Assembly: GCA_026025075.1 (NCBI GenBank)
Contig: JAPEUI010000045.1
Location: 1 to 64,000 of the forward strand
Length of the DNA stretch: 64,000 bases
Source: Vezdaea acicularis
Lineage: Eukaryota
Reading direction: 5' to 3'
Made by a program: the position numbers and the translations under genes. Shown here one piece after another: positions 37,100 through 48,754 of the stretch; the first letter of the stretch is position 1, and the number at the start of each line of letters is the position of its first letter. The notes below the pieces were generated by a model, which saw only the letters and a list, made by a program, of their open reading frames with translations, was not told the origin of the DNA and made no database searches.

Positions 37100-37867
37100 G
37101 GTAGAGCTTGAGGCGTGGGAGTATGTAGGACAATGGACGTTCGAAGACGTTATAGCCACTGTTAGCGCGCGTTGACGGAAGGTGTAACATCAGCTTAGAC
37201 TTTGCAAAAGCCTTTAGAGCTTCTTCACAATTCGTTTGGCACTGCTTCTCAAATCAGCAAAGTCCTTTGACACATTTGTGAGATGTACCGCGGCTTCTCT
37301 CGGTACAAAGTTCACTCGTTAGATCCAGGCATGTTTAATGGGTCAAGAAGGAAAGTTGGTTTAAGCCAGAAAGCTGTAAAAATCAGGCCATAATCACCAT
37401 AGGCTCCTCTTACTCTCATCAATATTTGTATGTTATATGAAATTGTTGATGAAGGGACCACTTCTGCAGCTAGTGGTATCGCCCGTGACCTGCACGACGA
37501 TAAGCTTTCAGCCACCCGCGCCTCATCACGCCAGCCCGGCGAGTTCACAACTCAAGCTTCTAACCACGGATCGTTCAACGTGGAGACCATAAACGGGGGT
37601 TTGTTTTACAAATTGGGTGGACGGAAATTCGCCGGACGAATGACCGTGATGGTCCTCTCTAATAGGGTTTCAAGCCATGTCCTAGTATCTCCTGCATCCA
37701 TCAGAGGCGTTTACCTGTTGCGCAGTCCTTATAAAACCTGACTCATGTCTTTGGATCGCCTTTCCGTGCATTTCACGGTATCAAGAAGCTCATGCTGTCA
37801 ACCCACTGAAGATCTGCCAAGATCCTTGAGTTTAGCTGTACGAAAGAACCTTCAAGGCGGTTAAGCC

Positions 37868-40800
37868 ATGGCATCGTTCTTCCTACCTTCGTATTATCAA
37901 AGGCGAGTCTTACGGTATGCGCTATCTCGACTTGATATACTGGAGACCGACGCATTAGATCTGGACAACCTGAACATCGCATGGGGCAAGAAGAGCTCGG
38001 TCGAGCTTAGAGATATCGATCTTACATTGAAGGTGGATACAGCCTGCTCTCTTTTCCGCGTCTGCTTTGACCGTCAAGTATTGGAAAGCTGTAAACCTTG
38101 CTGAAACTTCCCTCTCTTATGTAGAAACTTGAATCACTTCTTCGACTTCCCCCAGCCATTAAATTCTCCAAAGGAAAGATCCTATTGCTTCGAGTCACCA
38201 TACCCGTAGACTTTTATAGCAGCCCCATCATCATTGAAATCGAAGGTGTGGATATACAAGCTCGGATTCTATTGGAAGATGAGCAAAAAGAGCATAAGAC
38301 TGCGCCAGGGTCACATCGACGTAGTTCAGGGCGAAGAGCAGCTGTGCATGGCCACAGCGACTCTCGCCCTGGCCTTCGGCAGCCCCAAGACGAGGAAGAG
38401 ACAGAGTTCGATGATCCGGGGCTCCCGAATCCCGAAGACATTGCGACTTCTTTCCTTCAAGCTGAACCACCAGAAGAGAGGGCCCACCTTGACGCCGACT
38501 TGAAGGCTGCTTTGGCATCCCAGCCTCAACCTTTAGAAGATTCTCAGTCCTCGCTTGGAGACGAGACGTTTAATGATGGTTATGGGACAGGGCTCGCTCT
38601 ACCTGACTTTATTGCCGGCTTCTTGAAGGGGATTGGCGACAGATTAGAGGTTCATATCAGGGGCGTCGAGATCAACCTGGACACTCAAGTTGTCCCTGAA
38701 GAGCAATCTGCTGACGACGGAGTTGGAAGGGTTGAGCCTGTGACTCTGCGCCTCAGCATTGAAGATGTCAATATTGAAGGCCTTACTGCCCATGAAACTT
38801 TCGCGCCGAACGCAGCTACGGGCATGGAGTACGTCGCACATACTACCTCTGGCCCCGCAACATTGCCTCCGGGGCCCAAGCCAAGATTAGTGAGGCAAGG
38901 CACGAGAGCGATAACTTTGAAGAAAATACAGGGCCTACTTGTGTCCGATCCAGCACTATTCGCCAGTCTATCGCGACAATCCGGAACTCCCTCTCCAGTC
39001 ATGACACATTCATCCCGGCACCCAAATCGAGGGGAATCGCTGGAGCAAAAGCGCTTCAAACGCTCCACCCTCGAGGACATCGGATTTTCGGAGCCTTTAT
39101 CTACTTCGGGCAGCACCTATGGCTTGCGGCATCCGGAAAATTCGTTGGAGTCCGTACCATCAGCTCAAGAGGACTTACGACAGTCCATCATCTCTACGGA
39201 TACCGACCGCTTTGCAGACGCGCCAGACGAAGATCCGCAGTTGAGTTTGTCCGGCCTGGGACCCTCAAGCGAACATCACGATGGCTTTGGAGATGAGGGC
39301 TACAGTGACTCTGATAATGGCGGAGATCCTAGTGATGGCCGATTCGATGATGAAAACCTGGAGCAGAGTGGATATTCTTCTCGCCCGTTTGCAGAAGTCA
39401 CTCCGGCTTCCGGACCCCAGTCACAGCTGGATATGATAAGCAAGACGACTCGATCCAGTAGCTCTGATTCTTCTACGAGAGAAGAAGACCTCACCGAATC
39501 CAAGTTGTTTACACATGAAGAGGCAGAAAGCATGTACTTAAGCGCGATGAGTGAAGGCCCAAGTTCAAGCCCCAAAGACCTGCGAATGCCAGGCGGTTGG
39601 GACACATCTAGCACTAGGGAACATGTAGTGTCTTCAAGATTCCAATCAACTCAGGTGTCAACTCAGCCCTCCTCAAGCGACCCTCTTCCGAGCCCCTTGG
39701 AGGTGGCTGGTTCCGCTCGTAGCATGACACCTACGCCATCGGATGCCCAAAGAAGTCCTGTAGCGCCTGGCTCTGGGGGAAATGACACCGAAGATGATCT
39801 GTCCGAAAAAGGAAGGGGGTCACCATCGAGTTTTCCACAAGGTCCACGCATGGCGAAGCAAATTATGTCTGTCACAAGCATTACAATGTACATACCTCAA
39901 CCGCAAGAGAACGAAGCAGTCTTGTCGCCGTTATCAAGCGGCTTCGCTTCAAATTGGAATGTTGCAGATGATGACATGGACAATCCAGCGTTCTCTGGTA
40001 GGACTGGCGCATTCTCAATTTATGCATCTACAAGGAGTTCAACCAAAGGCTTCTCGGCCCGAAGACGTCAAGAACCTCATCCAAATAGCTCACTCGCGAG
40101 AGAAAAGCCAATCTCTCCACCCCAGCCTCCAACGGAATTTGATCTTGGCCATGTGCGTGTTCAAGTGGATGTGACTATTGCGAAGGTAGTTGGCAAACTC
40201 TCTCAACAGCTTGCAGAGGCTTTTGGCAAGCAAGAAACCGTCTACAAACCGGGAGACAACGGAGAGCCTTCCACCGCGGATTCATCGGTATTGGTAGGCG
40301 TTGAAAGACTCACTCTTAGTCTCCTCGAACGTCTCGTAGGCGTGGACGTTGCATCTAGTCGTTCTTCTCATGGGTCCACTTCAAGTGAGCTGGAACAAGA
40401 GCCTCCGCATAGAGACATACTTCTTCGGTCGATATCCAAGAAGCTAAGCGTGGTGCATAAAACAAGCAAAGGTCAATCAAACACCGACGCATCAATTGGT
40501 AAATTCACATTCGGATATCCGACCGAAAATGTCATCTCCTTTGATGCCAATCTCAGAATGAGAGCATCGACAAGAGACTTTCTTTCTCCTGCAAATAGTG
40601 ATATCAAAGTTTCATTATTCAAAAGCCCTGAATCCTTGAAAATCAAGCTTGCAACCCTCCCGATTCATGTATCGTTAGATCTAAGGCGATTCGATGAGAC
40701 GTTCAGCTGGTTTGGAGGATTTAGCAGCATCCTAGGCTTGGGCAGCTCAATCGCCTCAAGTCCTACGACACCAAGTGCTAAAGACCGGCCTAAAACATCC

Positions 40801-43800
40801 AAATTGATCCGCGGGGTCCGTTTCGAGAGTATACCGCCGTCGGATGTCCCTACGACTCCTCCCTTCCAGGTTAAGGGTGAGGCTAGAGTGGGGGGTGTTT
40901 CCGTTAACCTTATTGGCAAGAAATGCAGTATTAAAGTCAGCACGTCTGCCTTCAAGTTTTTGAGCAGGCCACAGATCATTGGAGTCTCCGTTGATCACAT
41001 TACAATCAACGGCCCTCACTTGAAATCTGGCGACCGTACACCATCGATCCGTGCCGACATTGAAGGCACAAGGCTGGAATACGTTGATACGCCTACAGAA
41101 GACGACCTCAGCCGCTTGTTATCTCTTATCACGCCTTCTAAGAACAAGTATGATCAAGATGACGACATCATGGTAGATACATTGTTGCGCCAAAGGAGAA
41201 AAGGCCCTGTACTTCGCGCAACCCTCGATGCCCTTAGAGGAAGCATGCTAGATCATAGAGACCTTAAGTACCTACCAGGTCTTGGAGAAGAAGTGGCGAA
41301 GCTGTCAACGGTGGCTAAATACCTACCCGAGGACGACCGACCGGGTGTTCTAATTCTCACTCGCCTTAGAGAAATGCAATTCCGTGGAATGACAAGTGCA
41401 CAGCTTGGTGAATTCCAAATTACTACAAAGGATCTTGACGCCGCTCACGTGAGCTTGCCATCTCTATCTGCGCTTGGCATAGGATCTTTGACTGTTTACC
41501 GCAACGAGGATGAAGAACTCATTGGCGAGGCGAAGTTCACCAGCTCAGACATCGCAGAAGCTTCAACGCCAATGATCATGGCTCGTATCATAGGAGATGA
41601 GCTGGAGCCTGCTATTAAGGTTAAACTATGGAAATTGCGCGTAGAGTATAGGGTGCCAACTATAATGGCAGCCTTAGGGCTGAAGGAAGACATGACTGCA
41701 GAAGAGGTAGCCTTGGACCTCGCGAGCTCCGTTGCAACCCTTACGAATAGACGACCAGTAAGCCCCGAATCGTCGAAGTCACTCAGTAGAGCATCGACTG
41801 GAGAGAAGATGGATTCGATGGTGAAGCCAATGAAGCTTGAGCTTATAATGAGGGATTGTATCATCGGACTGAATCCGTTTCACGAACCTTGTAAAGCACT
41901 CGTTGTTTTCACGGAGACACGATTTTCTGCTGGTATACCCAAAGAGAAAGACCTACAAGCAATTCTCAACATTAACAACGCATCAATCCTTATAATCGAC
42001 GACGTCGAGAATTTCAAGATTCAAGACGAACCATTTCCATCTGCAAGACGCCTCTCAACAGGACAGGCGAACCCTCAGATTGCGGACTTATGCGCTCGAG
42101 GCTTCGTGTCAGTTAGTAATATACGCTCTGCAACGGCAGCCATAAACCTCGATAAGTCAGCAAATGGTGAACAGAACGTTGATATAGAGTTGAAAGATGA
42201 GCTACTACTGCTAGAGTCTTGCGCCGACTCTACGCAAACATTAGTCACTATCCTTAGTGCGCTAAAGCCACCAACGCCACCGAGTGAAGACATCAAGTAC
42301 AGAACAGAGATTGTTCCGGTCCAGGACATGCTTGCTTCGCTTGCCGGAGAAGCTTTTGTTGCCCCTCGGGAAGAGGAAGAATCTGCTTTCGATCCAGAAT
42401 TTCTTATGAGTCAAGATGATGAAGATATGGTGAATGATGATGTCCCCAGCAATTCGGAATTTTTATCTAGTCTGTATAGCCCTGGAAGTATCTCTAAGAG
42501 CGTTACGGATAGCACAATCGAGCATGAGATGGGCAATCTCTCAATTGAATCGATTAATGAAGATGTGGATGATAAAGTTCTTCTTGACAGCTTTCACGAG
42601 CATTACAAGATTGATTCCGACGGGCCCCTTGAGTTTCGAGAGGACCACTTTGGCTCGGGATCTGTGGCAGAAGGGACAGCTCATCGGTGGGACTCTGTGA
42701 AGAATGCTTATGGGCTCACAAATGATTACAAGGTCCCTGGTAGCCCACTTAAAGTCCGCATTAGAGACGTGCACATTATTTGGAACCTATTCGATGGCTA
42801 CGACTGGCAGAGGACCCGTGAAACTATCACTAAGGCTGTCAGAGAAGTTGAAACCAAAGCAACCGAACGACGGGCCCAACGTGAGCGAAGATCTCCTTTT
42901 GAAGACGAAGGTGATGAAGACACTGTCATTGGAGACTTTCTCTTCAACTCAATCTATATTGGCATACCTGCAAATCGAGATCCTCGGGAACTGGCAAATA
43001 TGATCAACCGCAATGTGGACGACCTCACGAGTGAGGCTGAAAGCTATGCTGCAACAACAGTAACCCAGACGACCACTCGTCCTGGGCAGTCGCCTCGTGT
43101 TAAGGGAAAGAAACTGAAGCTCAAGCGAAGTACGCATCATAAGATGGCGTTTGAGTTAAAAGGTGTCTCCATGGATCTCGTGGTATTCCCTTTGGGCTCT
43201 GGAGAGACCCAAAGTTCTGTTGATGTTCGAGTCCATGACTTGGAGATATTTGATCATGTCCCGACGTCGACATGGAAGAAGTTTGCTACGTACATGCACG
43301 ATGCAGGGGAGCGTGAGAGCGGCACTAGTATGATTCATCTAGAGATCTTAAACGTGAAACCTGTTCCCGACTTAGCCGCGTCAGAGGTCGTTTTGAAGGT
43401 ACGAAAAGCCATCAGCACAAGACTGCAACATACTGACGAGCATGCAGGTGACCGTTCTTCCACTCCGCTTACATGTCGATCAGGATGCTCTTGATTTCTT
43501 GACACGGTTTTTCGAATTCAGTGATACTACTCCATCCAATACTCCTCCGCCGCCAAGCAATACCCTGTTCTTCCAGCGCGCCGAAGTCTGCGCTATTCGC
43601 GTCCTGCTTGACTATAAGCCCAAGAAGGTTGATTATGCGGGCATCCGCTCTGGACATACCACGGAATTCATGAATTTCTTTATTCTCGACCAAGCTTCAA
43701 TGGTACTTCGCCGCATTATTGTGTACGGTGTGCCGGGCCTAGATAGACTTGGCAAGCTTCTCAACGACATCTGGATGCCGGATGTCAGAGCCAACCAGCT

Positions 43801-44518
43801 CCCTGGTATCCTTGCTGGCCTGGCGCCAGTACGCTCTCTGGTCAATGTTGGTTCAGGCTTCAAGAACCTTGTGGTCATACCTATGAACGAGTACAAGAAG
43901 GATGGCCGTGTTGTGCGTAGTTTACGCAAGGGCGCCGTGGCCTTTGCAAAGACCACCTCCGCAGAGCTCGTCAAGCTTGGCGCCAAAATCGCCATAGGCA
44001 CCCAGACTGTCCTCCAGGGCGCTGAGGGTCTTGTAAGCCCTATCTCGCAAGTGCACCCACCATCGTACACCGGCGATGGTAGAGCAGGGGCAGATTGGGA
44101 TGATACTGCTCTTGGTGACTCCGAGTCTGAATTGGACCAAAAACCACAGATCTCGGCGTACGCGGATCCACCAATCGGCGTAGTAGCCGGGCTGCGCGGT
44201 GCGTACAGAACGCTTGAGAGGGATCTATTGACGGCGAGGGATGCTATCGTTGCGGTTCCCGGAGAGGTTATGGACAGCGAGAGTGCAGGCGGGGCCGCGA
44301 TAGCGGTACTGAGACGGGCACCAACTGTGGTCTTAAGACCTGCTATTGGGGCAACGAAGGCAATGGGACAGGTGTTGCAAGGAACTGCAGGTGCATTAGA
44401 TCCAGAGGAGAGGAGGAGGATCGAGGACGTGAGTCTATTCTTTGATTTAATTCTTCCATGCATGGGAATGACTCTGTGGCTAACATGCGGACTGCTGCAG
44501 AAATATAAGCGACATTGA
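37868..44518 (+). CDS. ATG2: Autophagy-related lipid transfer protein Atg2, 4 exons
   Basis: Exons 37868-38032, 38125-43398, 43448-44428, 44501-44518; the first donor (GTGGAT) is the least certain. Chorein-N start; [61 protein letters not shown]-terminal EDKYKRH. Divergent from the ADA gene. Confidence 0.96.
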
Positions 44519-45706
44519 GACAAGGCAGAAAGCGTCACCCGTTAGATCCCAGGAGGAACGATCGCACGAGGAAGAATATTACGGATGTATCGATACGGGG
44601 CTTGGCCATAGGAGTTTGGCATGACATGGGATCGGTGTTCTCTGCTCTTGCGGTTTGCATTTTGTGCGGGCGCTTGCGTTATAACAAGGCCATATAGTGG
44701 TTGTACTACATTCCCTAAGCACTTCAGATATCCATGCACTGGCTTCTACGCACAATTTTCCTCGAAAGTTCTTGGGTTTTCGGCATTTAAAGGTTAAGAG
44801 ATGCATAGAATTGGCCTCCCTCGTCCTCTTTTACAAACCTGGCCGGCTAATATTTGCAATCGACTCTAATCTTACGAGCGCTGATGGTGAAAAAAAGAGA
44901 GATCTTGATAGGACTTAGATCAGACTCCAAGTCCACTCCTAGCTCTGGCCCTTCGAGATTGGGAGCATCGAATCACTGCCAGCCACATGCAACCCGCTCG
45001 GCTGGGGAAATCAGGAACGAAGTACGTATTACGCAATACGACGAACAAGTGCTCCCACTTACTTTGCGTATCTTGCCCAGAACTATCTATATGTCGCAGA
45101 TGCCTTCTCCATGACACCTTTAACGCCTCCCCTTTTGCTTTACAGAAGCGACTAGTAGTGCGTCTCATTGCGCCACCGAGCTTACTCGATATCAGCCGTA
45201 AAGCCCTGTTCACATTTTGATGATTGCATATTTGACGAAAGCTTAGACAGTAGAATTCGGCGATCCTTAAGACGTGCTGAAAACAGAAGCAACGAAGCTC
45301 GCATGCGGGAATAACACAAATTCACACGTAGCGACTTGCACATATTCGACAGAGCGTGCAGTGAGCCTTGATTCCTGCGGATTGAAGTCATTGCTCGACG
45401 TATCTCGAAGATTCAGCGATCTCCCGTTGTATTGGAGGTCTCCCAGGAAACGGTCGCTCTTTCGTTTAGGGAGCGATCTTCCGTATAATAGCGAAATCCC
45501 AAGTTTTATTAGCACCTTCGTTGTATGTGTGGCAGCTACTATACTCCTCGGAACAAGACAGCAAGCCACAGGAGTCCTCTGAATAGCAGCAATTGCATAA
45601 CCCTCCAGACGACCTTTCTCAGGCAGAGACGACATTGAGATATTGCCATATCCCGCACATTAAAGAATCGATCGAGCCACGCTGATCCGGGATTCCATTT
45701 GCACGA

Positions 45707-46489
45707 CTACTTACCATGACCTAGTTCTTTGAGCTTCATTGCGACCTCAACAAGGCCACCTTCATCTTGTGCAACCCATACATCGCACCAGCCCTCCCGC
45801 TTTGCGGCTGCCACCTCTACCCTATGGTATTCCTCCTCACCCTCTCTCTCGACGTATATGCACCTCAAGCCCTGCTGCCTCGCAGCTTCCAAATCGCCCA
45901 AATGCGCTGCCACCATGGCCACCTCTTCTGGCTTCAAGCCCAGCTTCTCTACCGCACCGAGATATACTCTTGGATGTGGCTTATATGCCCTGAACTGCTC
46001 AGCTGAGAAAAAGTGCTTGAAAGCGAGGTTGCCATGTTTAGCAAGGTCGCGTAAGAGACTCAAATTTCCATTCGAGAGTGTTGCGGTCTGGAGACCTAAT
46101 CCGTTGAGCCTTTTCAAGCCTTCTGTGCTGTCCGGCTAAGGGTCAAGGCGATGCCACACAAGACTCAGATCTTTCACTTCCTCATCAGAAAAAGAATGCC
46201 TTATCCCAAGGCCGAGAAGTAAAGCATCCAGCGAGCGTAGATGATGCTCGTCGATGCTCACCCACTCATCTTTCTCGGGGTCAAAGCCTTGAGTAAAGTG
46301 GCCATAAGAATCCCTCCATGCTTGACTGAGGACAGCGAAGTCGACCTCCAGCGAGGGGTGGAGCAGGGTGAGTTTGGGAGAAATTGCCTTTGAGAGCGCC
46401 GCCGTGACGCTCGCTCGCCAATCAACTACAGTGCCAAAAACATCGAATACAAGGGCTTTAATTGGAACGGTGACGGACTGGGAAGACAT
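45707..46489 (-). pseudogene. Haloacid dehalogenase type II (HAD superfamily), 260 codons, with one in-frame TAG at codon 118 (conserved Trp); possibly recoded rather than dead
   Basis: Motif I FDVFGTVVDW; WHRLDP*PDS (TAG at 46138-46136); LSNGN; AYKPHP..Y; MVAAHLGDL. No other lesion and no intron around the stop. Confidence 0.9.
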
Positions 46490-47574
46490 GACTGGTCGAA
46501 AAACAAAGCTACTATTCATAACCTCATGCATGGCCCCTCTAAAGCGATGGGGCTATCAAACGCGTGGACTCCCTCCATCCAGCTGACAGCGGCTCGCGAC
46601 GTCAGCGGCGCCTGCTAAGCATGGGGTGCATTAGCGAACCGGGAAGGAGCTTGGCGCATATGCTCAGGAATGTAAATAGAGATGCCTTGGCAAGAGAATC
46701 TCGCCCTGGAAGGAAGTTAAACCAGCATAAAAGCTTTATTAGAAACGATCAAATTCTTCCTGGACCATATCTCGAAATTTCAAACGGATAGGAAGTCTCG
46801 AACTCAGCATGTCTTCCTCAATCTCAACAACATCGGCATCTAATCCTCACCGCGATACTGGTTTTAATGAGCCCCTCAATCCTGGTCTGTACTTCTAGAC
46901 TGATTTTACCACCTTTGTCATGCTAAAATTTCATAGATCGCAATACTACACTTCCTCATCCTGAAGCAAAGCCATCAAACTCAGAAATCACAGCATCCCA
47001 TATAGGAGAGCAGAAGGCGAAGAGACGGCTTTCAGGCGAGGGGAACTTGGACGAGATGTATGATGATATCGAGTATGCAAGCGTAGAGAAAGGAGACGAG
47101 GAAGGGAAGGAGGAGAAGAAGAAGGATAAGGCGGGAGGTCTGCTGCATATGATCGAGCACAAGCTGGGAGGACATAAGCACGATGCGTAGTATTATCCCT
47201 AGAGATGCGTGCTGGCCTCGACCAAGTGCTGTGGATTACGCGCCGAAGGATGCTTCTTTCTAGTCTTGCGGTATTGTAGAACGACATTGCATCTTTATAA
47301 ATTTTCGTGGCCTTATAGCATTGGCATCGTATCAGTTTCGGGAAGCTTGGCGCAGTTGTAGAAATGTTTCCTTCTACAGGAGTGTTCCAGTTAGCCTTTG
47401 TAGCACATTCCAAAGTCGTGCTGACTATTGATGTAGCGGTAAGACTTACCATTCAACATCTATTCCAAGGGCTTCTCTGTATATGCATTGTCTATGGCCT
47501 CTCTATGATATCTCCTCCACTCAGAGTACTCGATAATGCATAGATCATACGACCAGAAAACTGCCACCCGACTT

Positions 47575-48225
47575 TCATGGACTTAGCCAGTCAAGTGCCG
47601 CCCCTACTCCTGCCGCACTGCTAGACCCAAAGCATTTCCTAACGCCCGATATGCATTGATTTTGGGTTGTTCCGCTATACGATCCCTGTCTCGTCCCACT
47701 TCTACGTCTTGTAACAGTACCACTGTCCAAACCGGCCGTCCGCGCTCTTTCAGCAGCTTCGCGCGCTCCCGCTCCTTGCGGCGACCAGCGCCTGGACCCC
47801 CCTACTTGAAAGGTTCTTTCATTAGAGGGTAAAAAGAGCTGTCGAGTTCTGCACAAGCACGATCCCTTGCAAAGTTCGATAAATTCTTCAGTCCAAAGGA
47901 CGGGGTGGGCCCATTGCTGATGGCAGTTGATTTCTGCTTGGTCAAAGCATTCGCAACCAACGGTTGGTGCATAGCTAGAATCAATACCGCATAGCTGCGT
48001 GGTATTGTCCCAGGGGCCGATCCCAGCAGGCAAGGGTGGGAGATTCTGAAAAAACAGAGAACTGATCGCTCCGACACAGTAGAGGTTATGCAATGGTCCT
48101 CGCTCGCGTGCTATTGCAAGGTCGCTGGTGTCTGCACTACCATCATACTCTTTCGCACCTGCAAGTTGTGAAAGAATGTAGAAGAATAATATGAAAGTGA
48201 TGGACCGACCAAGATGAAACGACAT
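47575..48225 (-). CDS. Secreted Cys-rich protein, 216 aa, unknown function
   Basis: Signal peptide MSFHLGRSITFILFFYILSQLAGA; 8 Cys in a ~100-aa core (YC, LCG, GCEC, NC, LCKGSCLC) followed by an R/G/S-rich linker. Confidence 0.68.
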   Translation of the reverse strand: MSFHLGRSITFILFFYILSQLAGAKEYDGSADTSDLAIARERGPLHNLYCVGAISSLFFQNLPPLPAGIGPWDNTTQLCGIDSSYAPTVGCECFDQAEINCHQQWAHPVLWTEEFIELCKGSCLCRTRQLFLPSNERTFQVGGSRRWSPQGAGAREAAERARTAGLDSGTVTRRRSGTRQGSYSGTTQNQCISGVRKCFGSSSAAGVGAALDWLSP

Positions 48226-48754
48226 CTCCGGATACCTCGAGAATGGTAAGGAAAGAGAGGATTTGTAGGCCTTGAAGACCTTGTAGCAGACCAAGCGAAT
48301 GCTTCGATCAAGGGAGCCGTGTGAAGAATGAGGTATCTGTATTTGAGAATGATCAAAAGAAGTTGAAGAATATGCCTATCAACGTTGGAAGGCCACTCGA
48401 AGAACAGTGCGCCATTTAGGGCCTGGGCATCTTACTGCGGCAATTTCTGTAGCGCTTACTGTATTCAATACAGCTTTTTAAAAATGAGACCATTGATACT
48501 ATCGCAGCAGCGGCTCGAACTTAAATTCAAGTTCCGTGTTCGGGGCAATAAGTTGTCCATGCTAAGGCCCCTGGATTTGGATTGTAAACCTTTCATCGAA
48601 CCGAGATTCAGAGGCAGTCAACTTGGTTCCGCTGCACGGACAGTCTTGAAAGGCAATGTTCATTCTTGGCCGCAGGAAACTGCGGTCAGCCCTTAATGCA
48701 TCTACTTCCTTCATCCTCTCCTACCTCAAGTTTTCGAGCACTTAGAGCTTGTAA

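Noticed and set aside
43633..44538. 301-aa minus-strand ORF
   Set aside because: Antisense shadow of ATG2 exon 3.
44850..45640. Short ORFs between ATG2 and the HAD gene
   Set aside because: No recognisable family or consistent exon structure.
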